NCBI GenBank assembly: GCA_900553155.1
Contig: USCM01000001.1
Coordinates: 1 to 44,237, forward strand
Reading direction: 5' to 3'
Length of the DNA: 44,237 bases
Origin: an uncultured Prevotella sp.
GTDB taxonomy: Bacteria; Bacteroidota; Bacteroidia; Bacteroidales; Bacteroidaceae
Shown here piece after piece: positions 18,257-27,300 of the stretch. Position 1 is the stretch's first letter. Each line of letters starts with the position of its first letter. The translations under genes were made by a program, and so were the position numbers. The notes beneath the pieces were generated by a model. The model was not told the origin of the DNA. It saw only the letters and a program-made list of their open reading frames with translations, and ran no database searches.

Positions 18257-18829
18257 ATGACTCGATACAAATTGGCACTCCCCCTTATTGCCCTCCTCCT
18301 TTTGCTAACGCCATCCTGCTCCAAGGAGTCGTTCGACTACTCCTCCTTCCACGCCTACTTCGTATTCAACAACAGCATACACCAGAACACGGTACTGCAA
18401 ACCGCAGTAAACCCCATGTCGCCCGGTGTATTCTGCCGCATCTACGAGGTAACGCAAGGCAAGGCGGTGTACATCTACTTCGAGAGCAACCAGGGCGGCG
18501 ACCCAGCGCCGTCACAACTCAACGAATTAGAGGTTAAGCAGACAAGGATGCTTGGTCTGTACAACAAGACGGGCATAATAGTAGGCTACGGCAATTTGTC
18601 GTCTACCCCGGTGTTTTACGTCTACGACTCGCAATGCCCCAACTGCTACCGCGAGACCAACACGATGGCATACAAGCTGAATATGGGTACCAACGGCATT
18701 GCCACTTGCCCTAAGTGCAACCGCAAGTACGACCTTAACAACAACGGACTGTGTGCCAACGGCAGAAAGCTCGAGAAGTATCGTGGTAGCTGCACTGGAC
18801 CATTAGGCGTCCTAAACGTACACAACTAA
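18257..18829 (+). CDS. Predicted lipoprotein with a Rieske-like, Cys-rich C-terminal domain
   Basis: Signal peptide with a lipobox-like PSC; YDSQCPNC and CPKC..KYDLNNNG...LEKY motifs. Confidence 0.6.
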   Translation: MTRYKLALPLIALLLLLTPSCSKESFDYSSFHAYFVFNNSIHQNTVLQTAVNPMSPGVFCRIYEVTQGKAVYIYFESNQGGDPAPSQLNELEVKQTRMLGLYNKTGIIVGYGNLSSTPVFYVYDSQCPNCYRETNTMAYKLNMGTNGIATCPKCNRKYDLNNNGLCANGRKLEKYRGSCTGPLGVLNVHN

Positions 18830-19524
18830 TGTTTGGCGCGCCCTATTGTCAGCACGCTAACCTTGGCATCCGTATCTTTATTAATAGCCCTTATACACTC
18901 GCTTAGAGTGGCACCCGTCGTAACGATATCGTCCACCAACAGCACATGCTTGCCCATTAACACCTCTGGGCTAACCACCCCGAAAGCACCCTTGACATTA
19001 GTAGACCTCTCGCCATGGGTAAGCGAAGCCTGACTCTTGGTGTTGCGCTGGCGCAGTACGGCATCGGCACACAGCTCGATATGCAGCACCGAGCACAAGC
19101 CTAAGGCAAACTCGCGGCTTTGGTTGTAGCCTCGCTCGCGCTGCCGCTTGGGATGCAAGGGCAAAGGCACTATACAATCGATGCCGTCGAAGAACCCCGT
19201 TGGCTGCAGTTCGGCGGCTATAACCTTGCCAAAGGCGAAGGCTATGTCGGGGCGGTCGCCATACTTCAGGGCATATATGGCATCGGCATGTTTGGTGTGC
19301 GCCTCGTAGTCGATCCACGCCGCACAACGCTCCACATCAGCAACACCCCAAAACAAGCGGGCTGTAGAATTGTTCAAAGGGTCGTCAACATCCCGTCGGC
19401 GAGGCATGGCGAGGTCGCAAGAGGTGCAGAACACCCTCTCGTCAATGCCTAACCTACAACCGCAGCAAGCGCAACACTTAGGCGATACAAGGGCGAAGAG
19501 CGAACTAAGCAAGCGGCTTATCAT
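18826..19524 (-). CDS. comF: ComF family protein (double Zn-ribbon plus PRTase)
   Basis: CACC...CTSC, PLPLH, RGYNQS and LLVDDIVTTGAT. Confidence 0.9.
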   Translation of the reverse strand: MISRLLSSLFALVSPKCCACCGCRLGIDERVFCTSCDLAMPRRRDVDDPLNNSTARLFWGVADVERCAAWIDYEAHTKHADAIYALKYGDRPDIAFAFGKVIAAELQPTGFFDGIDCIVPLPLHPKRQRERGYNQSREFALGLCSVLHIELCADAVLRQRNTKSQASLTHGERSTNVKGAFGVVSPEVLMGKHVLLVDDIVTTGATLSECIRAINKDTDAKVSVLTIGRAKH

Positions 19525-20033
19525 AGGTCGTCGTCACAAGCCGGGTCCACATCATACTCGTCGGCTCCGCTTATGCAACGTCGTATGATGTCCATACCAA
19601 ATCCTCTGCCAAGGGCAAACCGTATCAGTTTGCCGTTCAACTCGTACTCGCTGTCTGCCTTAACCTGACGTTTCTTCGAGGCAAGCAGCGGCTGCAAAGC
19701 CTCCTCATAATATTCGGCAGGCACGGCATCGAGCACTCTGCCGATGATGTCGCGCGCCACTCCCTTGCGATAGAGCGCTTGCTCTATCTTGCGGCGACCC
19801 CAACGGTCGAACCTTATCTTGTCGCGAACAAAGAAACCGGCAAAGCGCTCGTCGTCAACAAAACGCTCGTCGATAAGGCGGTCGAGCACCCGCTGTGCCT
19901 CCTCCATCGGCATCGACCAACGGCGCATCTTCTCCAGCATCTCGCCAGACGAGTGTTCGGACTGGGAGCAGAGGGCGGATAGCTTAAGCAAGGCTTCTTG
20001 CTCGGACACTTGCTTTCTTGATTTCTGAAACAT
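19521..20033 (-). CDS. recX: Regulatory protein RecX
   Basis: CSQSEHS, FVDDERFA, WGRRKIEQAL..KGV and KLIRFALGRGF. Confidence 0.9.
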   Translation of the reverse strand: MFQKSRKQVSEQEALLKLSALCSQSEHSSGEMLEKMRRWSMPMEEAQRVLDRLIDERFVDDERFAGFFVRDKIRFDRWGRRKIEQALYRKGVARDIIGRVLDAVPAEYYEEALQPLLASKKRQVKADSEYELNGKLIRFALGRGFGMDIIRRCISGADEYDVDPACDDDL

Positions 20034-20056
20034 CTTATGTCTATTTGTTTAAATAT

Positions 20057-20896
20057 TTAACGTACAGCATCCACAAAGCGTGGCAGCCCAAAGCAATCGT
20101 CAGCCACATCGGCACAGCCCATTCCTTCGCTTTTAGTCATCGCCGCAGTAGCCTCGGCATAACGCGTGTTGCACTCGAAGAGCAGGTGTCCGTCCTCGTT
20201 CAACGCTGTCAAGGCATAACGTGTTATGGCGCGATAGAACAAGAGAGGGTCGGCGTCGGGAACAAAGAGGGCTGTCGACGGCTCGTGGTCGAGCACATTG
20301 GCATCCATATCCACACGCTCGCTGTCGCAGATATACGGCGGATTGCTAACGATGATGTCCCAACGCTCGGCACCTGCCTCTGCCGAGAGGGCGTCACGAC
20401 GGCACAACCTTACATCTGCCTCAAGCTCCTTGGCATTGGCAGCGGCAATGGCGAGGGCGTCATCCGATATGTCCCAAGCCTCAACGTATGCCTCGGGCAG
20501 CGCCTTCTTGATGCTTATGGCTATGCAGCCGCTACCCGTTCCGATGTCGAGGATGCGCAGCTGTCTGCCACCGGCTGCCTTGGCTATAGCCACCGCTCTG
20601 TCCACAAGCCACTCGGTCTCGGGGCGAGGGATGAGCACACCCGTCTGCACACCAAAGCGATGGCAGCAGAACCATGCCCAGCCAAGCACATACTGTATAG
20701 GCTCTTGATGCTCCAGTCGGCTCACGGCTTGCTCAAGCCACTCTACATCGGCAGCCGGAAGCTGCTCTACCCCACCGCACAATATATCGGCAAGCGACAT
20801 GTCGAACTTCTCCTCAAGCAACATCCGGGCTATAGCCTTAGCCTCGCCCTGCTCGTTGACGGCAGTAAGGCGACGCCATATTTCTTCGTATGTCAT
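20057..20896 (-). CDS. prmC: Release factor glutamine methyltransferase
   Basis: EPIQYVLG, VLIPRPETE, LDIGTGSGCIA and SNPPY. Start placed at ATG 20896 because the 20929 start is inside a terminator hairpin. Confidence 0.93.
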   Translation of the reverse strand: MTYEEIWRRLTAVNEQGEAKAIARMLLEEKFDMSLADILCGGVEQLPAADVEWLEQAVSRLEHQEPIQYVLGWAWFCCHRFGVQTGVLIPRPETEWLVDRAVAIAKAAGGRQLRILDIGTGSGCIAISIKKALPEAYVEAWDISDDALAIAAANAKELEADVRLCRRDALSAEAGAERWDIIVSNPPYICDSERVDMDANVLDHEPSTALFVPDADPLLFYRAITRYALTALNEDGHLLFECNTRYAEATAAMTKSEGMGCADVADDCFGLPRFVDAVR

Positions 20897-20910
20897 AAAC
20901 GTATGTATAC

Positions 20911-20941
20911 AAAAAAAGTGAACATCCATCGAATGTCCACT
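20911..20941 (-). terminator. Terminator after the tRNA-Gly/tRNA-Leu pair
   Basis: Minus strand agtggacatt-cgatg-gatgttcact followed by a T-run. Confidence 0.7.
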
Positions 20942-20962
20942 CTACCTTATTAATAATATATG

Positions 20963-21048
20963 TGCCGCGAGCGGGACTCGAACCCGCACAGCCATTACTG
21001 GCCAAGGGATTTTAAGTCCCTCGTGTCTACCAATTCCACCATTGCGGC
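20963..21048 (-). tRNA. tRNA-Leu(TAA)
   Basis: GCCGCAATGGTGGAATTGGTAGACACGAGGGACTTAAAATCCCT...long variable arm...GCGGGTTCGAGTCCCGCTCGCGGCA. Confidence 0.95.
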
Positions 21049-21145
21049 GACCTTATCGTTGTTCGTCTTGGTTTTAATATGGCTTAAATAAAAAAACGGC
21101 AGCATCTCTGCCACCTATCTTTAAAACCATTACCAATATGAAAAG

Positions 21146-21218
21146 AGCGGCAAACGAGACTTGAACTCGCGACCCCAACCTTGGCAAGGTTGTGCTCTAC
21201 CAACTGAGCTATTGCCGC
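21146..21218 (-). tRNA. tRNA-Gly(GCC)
   Basis: GCGGCAATAGCTCAGTTGGTAGAGCACAACCTTGCCAAGGTTGGGGTCGCGAGTTCAAGTCTCGTTTGCCGCT, with a TACCTTTG promoter element just upstream. Confidence 0.97.
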
Positions 21219-21299
21219 ATATCGCTTTATTGCGGGTGCAAAGGTACAAAATTATTTTGTAACGCCAACATATTTGACGATAAATTTTAAGTCAACAAG

Positions 21300-21339
21300 A
21301 AAAAAAGTGGGAGATACGGATATTGCCGTATCTCCCACT
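21300..21339 (-). terminator. Terminator of the subtilase gene
   Basis: agtgggagatacgg-N6-ccgtatctcccact with a T-run on the minus strand. Confidence 0.8.
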
Positions 21340-21388
21340 CTACATTATATTCAGCCTGCAAGCAAGCTTTATTGTCTTCTACAAAACC

Positions 21389-24300
21389 TTACTTTACAAA
21401 CTTCACTGTTGTCGACTCGCCATCGAGCACAGCGTTGAGAGTGTATACACCCTGGCCACTGTTGGCAATGTCGATAGTGATAGTGTCGCCTGCATGCAGG
21501 TTCTTGGCTGTCTTCTTGGCAATGAGCTTGCCTGCAGCGTCGTATACATAGACAACAGCCTCAGCCACATTAGCGTTGACCTTGACACCGATTGTGCCGT
21601 TGTCGCCGTCGGTGCTTACAGTGATGTCGCCGTTGTCGGAACCTACACCGCTAATGCCGGTAGCATCAACAACGTTGACCATAACCTTCTGTGGTGTAGC
21701 ATCACCATTGCTGTCGGTTGCTGTTACATTGAGAGAGGTCTTGCCTACCTTCTTGGCGCTGATGATGAAGCCCTCGTCAGAGCTGAAGACTGCAGCTACC
21801 TTGGTGTTGGCTGCGTACACACTACCAGTGAACTTGTCGCCATCAGGATCGTTGAAGAGCGATGCGTAGGTAATGGTAGCCGACTGCTCGCCTACTCCAA
21901 GTGTAATCTCTGTCTGTCCAACAAACTCAGGAGCGCGGTTCTTGAACACAACGTTGTAGTTGACGGTAGCGCTTGAAGCATTGTTGCTTGCGTCGGTTGC
22001 ATTAACGACGATAGCACCGCTGCCTACATGGTCGTAGCCATACTCAGGAACAACATTAAGTGTAGCCTGGAGCTGCTTGCCTGCCGGAACGCTAAACACG
22101 CCATTCTCAAAGGTTACGCCGTCTGCCTCGTTGTAAGAAGCTACGGTGGTGTAAGCCTTGCTGTCCTCGAACGATACGCTGAATGCCTCGTCCTCAGGCT
22201 CGCTTACGTTAAGCTCAACATTGGTGCTCTCGCCCTGGTTGGCTGCCACAATACCCTCCGGAACCTCTATAGCAGGAGCCGCGTTGCGGTCGAGATAGAT
22301 GTGATAGTTCACAGTGGCGTTTTCCGGGTCGTTGCTCTTGACAACAAGAGTAGCCTTGTTGTTCTTGGCAAAGTAAGCGCTCTTTGCATTGATCTGGAAG
22401 TTGATTGGCAATGATGCGTTTGCCTCCAACACACCCTCCTTCTGCTCGTTGAGCAGCTTGATCCAAGGCTCGCCCTTCTCGTGCTCAACACAAGTCATAA
22501 AGTAGCCGAATGCACCGTAGCTGTATGCGTTGTCGTACAGATTCTCGATGTCTACCCAGCCACCGAGCGACTTGAGGTGAGCCATATAGCGGTTGGGCTC
22601 AATATTGCCGTCCTTTGTAGCCATAAGTGCAGACGACTTGTAGCCTGCAGGATACTTAAGCACTACGTAGAATGTATCGGCAGGGTTGATGTATACAGGG
22701 TTGTCGAACTTAAGCATACGCGGCACGCCCATGTATCCACGGTCTGTCTCTTCCTCCTTATCGACGTGAAGCTTGCCGTGACCGATTGTACGTTCGGTAG
22801 CAGTGACGTCGTTGCCGAGGATTACAGAAGCCTCGATGTCCACATTTTCAAGATTGCCCACGGTGCCCACGAAGTAGAGGTGGGTGAGGTTGAAGCCTTC
22901 GGCTGGTGCCTCATAACGTGTGGCAGCATAGAAGTTCTCGTCGAGTGCGCTTTCGCCAGTACCCATAATGGCTGCCTGAGCATTTTTTACTGGGTTGAGT
23001 ACCGGGTAGTAGAGCATGTTGTCCTCAACACCCGTTGGCACGTCGTATATAAACTTCTGGTCGTCCTTAACCTTCTTTATGCCGAGAGCCTTGAAGAAGT
23101 TCTTGCCCTGGAGACGTGCTACACATGTCTCGGTGAACTGCTTGGCAGCCGCCTTAGAAGGAGTAGAGATGACGTTGAGAGTCTGCAACATTCCGTAGTC
23201 AAAGTCGTCGTTGTTGCCTGTCTGCTCGTCGCGGCCCGAAGGCTCAAGACGCAGAGAGTACTTAAGCTTATATCCGCCTTCGTTGAGCATCTTTACAGAA
23301 GTCTCGCCGGTATAGTCGCTTGACACATTATTAATATGCAGCTCGTCCTGGTCGAACGATACGACAGGAGCCTTTGTAATATTAACCTTGATTGTGCCCT
23401 GGACTTCCTCGTTCTCAAGTCCGCTTACAGTAAAGAGGATAGGATAATCCTTCTGACGCACTTTGCTTACGTCGTAGAGAGAGATGCGGAACTTAACCGG
23501 CTCCTTGCCTACAGTGATAGGAGCCATCATGCCCTGCTGGTATTGTATCCAAGCCTTTGTTGTAGAGGCATCGGTAAGGCTTACGCCCCAAGGATTATCG
23601 TCTGGGAATCCAGGCTCTCCGCCACCGCCACTGTTGGCATCGGTGTATACCTCAAGCAAACCTTCTGGCATTGCCATTAGGTCGTCAGGATCGGATACGG
23701 CAAACAGCTCTGAAGCCACATCGTCGATAGTGAAGGCCTTTGAGCCCTTGTTCTCTATCTGGAACTCGTGGTATACCGGCTCCATTGGATACGGATTTAC
23801 CACCTGCTCTACGTTGATGTCTGTCGGGAATACTGGCTCGGCAGCACCTGTGATGTTGAGAGCAACGGGGAGCTTGACACTCTCCTTGGCAGGAGCGTTG
23901 GTCTTAAGGCTCAGCTCATAGTTGTATTCGTCGGCAAGCTTGTCGGCCAACAGCTCGATAGGCAGAGTTGCGCTCTTGCCCGGAGCCACCACATAGTTCT
24001 TGTACGGAGTAAACTCGAGAGCGTTGCCCGGGTTGATGTACATATCCGACGGAGTGATACCGCGTGTCTCGGTGTGGTCCATGATACCGCAGAGGCCGAA
24101 TACGCCAATCTGCATACCGTTAGGATCGAGGTCGTACTGGAACTTGAACGAGCCATCCTTGCGCAGGATAACCTGGAAGTTCATGCCCTGCATCATGGTG
24201 TTGCCGTAGTTCTTGTAAGACACCACTACGTCGTCTTCGTTAGCCTTATAGTATACACCGTCGACTGAAGGAGTGTTCATAGAGTGGTTGCCCCAGAACG

Positions 24301-27300
24301 GACAGATGATATTGCTGTAGAATGTCTCGGTTGTAGGCAGACTTGCAGGCGGTTCCGGGAACTGCTTGTAGTCTTCAACCGGCTTGTCGAACGATACGAA
24401 ACCAGTGTTGTAGATGTACATCTCAGTGTACTTCTTGCCATAGAACGGGAACTCGAACGGCAATGTAACCTTCTTGAAGTCGGTCTTGTCGATGTAGTAA
24501 GAGTAAGGCATGTGCTCGGTGTAGTCTTCTGTGATGTCCACCCAGTTGAACGGAACGTCGAAGCCGTCGCTCTTAGAGCGGAATACATAGTCTACCTGCG
24601 ATTCGCCTTCCTCAGCCACGTCGAGCGAGCGATACCAAGTATCGGGCTCGGCATTGAATGTAAGAGGCTCGTCACCTGTATTGGTTACGGTGATGTCCTG
24701 CTTTGCATTGACGCCGTATGCGGTCTCAAGCTCAACAGCATCAGGTGTTGCGCTCCATACCGGTGTGCCGATGACGTTGCCCTTGAGAGCCACCTCGTTA
24801 GAGGTTCCGTCGGCATAGCTTATAACCAGAACGTCCTCAACGGCGCCCTTCTTTTCGGTAGGCAGTGTAACGGTGATGTCCTTGCCCTGGCCTGCAGGTA
24901 CGTCGAACGCACCCTTAACCTCGTCGGCAACGTTGAACTTGCCGTTCTTTACGCTTACGCCACTTACGTGCAGCACGTCCTTGCCGTTGTTGCTAAGGAG
25001 CACGTTGTGGTTCTGTACAGATGTCTGGAACACGCTGCCAAAGTCGACGCTCTCCACATCGGTCTTGGCTTCAGCCTTGAGGTTGTCGCCTGTGATGTTG
25101 GCCTTAAGCGCGATGTTGCTGCTTGCGTGTGCCGGGTCGTTTGTGATAACGGTGAGATAGTTGGTAAGCTCGCCTGCATAGAGGTTGTCGCCAGCCTCCA
25201 ATGTTATGGTGATGTCCTTGCTGTCGCCGTTGCCAATGTAGCCGTCGGTGCTTGAGAGGCTCTTTATCATCGACTTGGCAGGAGCCACAATCTTGATAGC
25301 GCTGCCTGTCATGATGTCGTAGTAAGGAGCATCGTAGCCCTCACTTGAAGAGTGAACCTTTGTGGCATCGGTAAAGACACAAGCGTCCTTCGCCTCGATG
25401 TCGCTCACACCTACGAAGTTGTTGCCACCGCTGCCGAACACGCCGGCTGGGTTGTAGTCGTCGTAGAATACCTCAACGCTGCCGTCAGGACACAGTGCCA
25501 TGTGGAAGCTGAGGGTTGTGGTCTCGCCGCCACCAGCTGTTGCCGGTGTAACAACGTCCTTGAACTTGACGTAGAACTTGCCGTCCTTATGTCCGTAGGT
25601 TATCTTGCTGTTGCCGCCCATATCCATCCAACCAGAGTTGGTATAGGCAGAAACATAGCCAAGACCCTCTACACATTCGCCTGTAGGAACCATACAAGAG
25701 ATGCGACCCTCGATAGGAAGCATGCTCAGTCCACCATAAGACGAGATGTATACCTGGTCGTATTCCTTGCCATAGAACGGGAACTTGAAGCCAAGCTTAA
25801 CCGCACCCGACTGCCAGTTGTTGCTGTTGAACTGGGATGTGATGTCGGTTTCGTCGGCAAGCTCGGGTGCCGGCTCGTAGTCGAAGCTATCGTCGCCGTT
25901 CACATTCGACTGGAGTGTGTAGCCGAACTTGTGTACACGTGTGGTTGAACCGTCTATCTTAGCCGAAGAGAACTTAGGGAAGACATACTGCAATGGATAC
26001 TCGCCAGTGTTCTTAAGCGTAACGGTTGCGGTTTTTGTCTCGCCACCTACCTTGAGGTCGCCGAGGTCGAACTCGCTCTTGTCAAGCTCCAAGTTGGCTG
26101 TAGCCGATGCCACACCGCGCACCACGAAGGTGTGCTTGATGTTGTTCTTGTCTATCAAGGTGATGTTGCTGGTGAAGTTGCCTGCCTTTGTTGGCTTGAA
26201 GGTCACCGGCAATGTGCCTGTAGAACGGGCTTCAATGTTCTTTGCACCCTTAGACACATTAAACTGGTCGGAAGAAGATGTGACGTTTCGAGGCGCCTGC
26301 AAGTAGCCATACGATCCGCCAAACACGCCGTAGCCGCTGTTGGTAAGCTCTACGTCGATGGTCTTAGTCTGGCCGACGAGCAGGTTGCCAAAGTCGACAA
26401 GCTGCTGGCTGTGCAGTTCAGGCTTATAACCGTTGACTGTCATCTTGAGAGCCACCTTCTGCTTAGAGTCCTTTGCCTCGTTCGACTTGACGTGGATGTT
26501 GAAGTTGTATGTGCCGTTTACGAGTTTCTGTCCGTCATTCGTGAGTGTTACTTTCTGGCTTTCGCCCGGACGAACCTCGCCGCTGATAGGCTCCGGATTG
26601 AGCACCTGGCTCCAGTCGGGGTTCTTGCTTATAGCCTGCACCGCCCATGTAAGATGGTCGGAAACAGCCTCGAAGCTTGAGCCCTTGAGCACCTCTGTGA
26701 GCTGTGTCCATGTGGCACCGTTATTTGAGCTGTAGAAGCTATACTGTGCAACGTTGTCCTGGCTGGTCTTGCCTGCACCGAGAGGGTTCTTTGCTCCTGC
26801 CGGGAACTTTGCCACTACCCAGAAGCTTGAGCCTGGGGCAAAGTAGATTTGCTCGTTCAAGGCAATGTCGTAGTCGTATGCCCATATAGAATAGTCGACC
26901 TTCTGAAGCAGACTGGCGGTAGAGATTGAGCGCGAACCGTCGTAAATCTCGATAACAGGGTCTACACCGTTCTGTCCCTGGAACTTCAAGGATGTGAGGT
27001 TGAAGCCGTTAGGATACTGCTTCTTGTCTACATAGAAGTACTGAGCCATGGCGTTAGGCAGCTTGGTATCGCTCTCGCCAATGTAGCTGTACAACTGCTT
27101 GCTGAAGGTCATTATGCTTGGCCAGTCCTTGGCAAGATAGTCGGATGTAGCCACAGCGTTGCTCTTGGCAACTGTTGGAGCCACTGTGCCGCTGAACGGA
27201 ACAACCTGACCCGGCGACGGCTTCTCGGCACGCGCCTTGGTAGACATGATTGCTTTAGTGGTGGCAGCTGTAAGCTCGTACTTAAGCATACCCTTGCCCT

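Noticed and set aside
20897..20929. N-terminal extension of PrmC (and the TTG start of argH at 16861)
   Set aside because: Both ORF-track starts fall inside hairpins; the downstream ATGs fit better.
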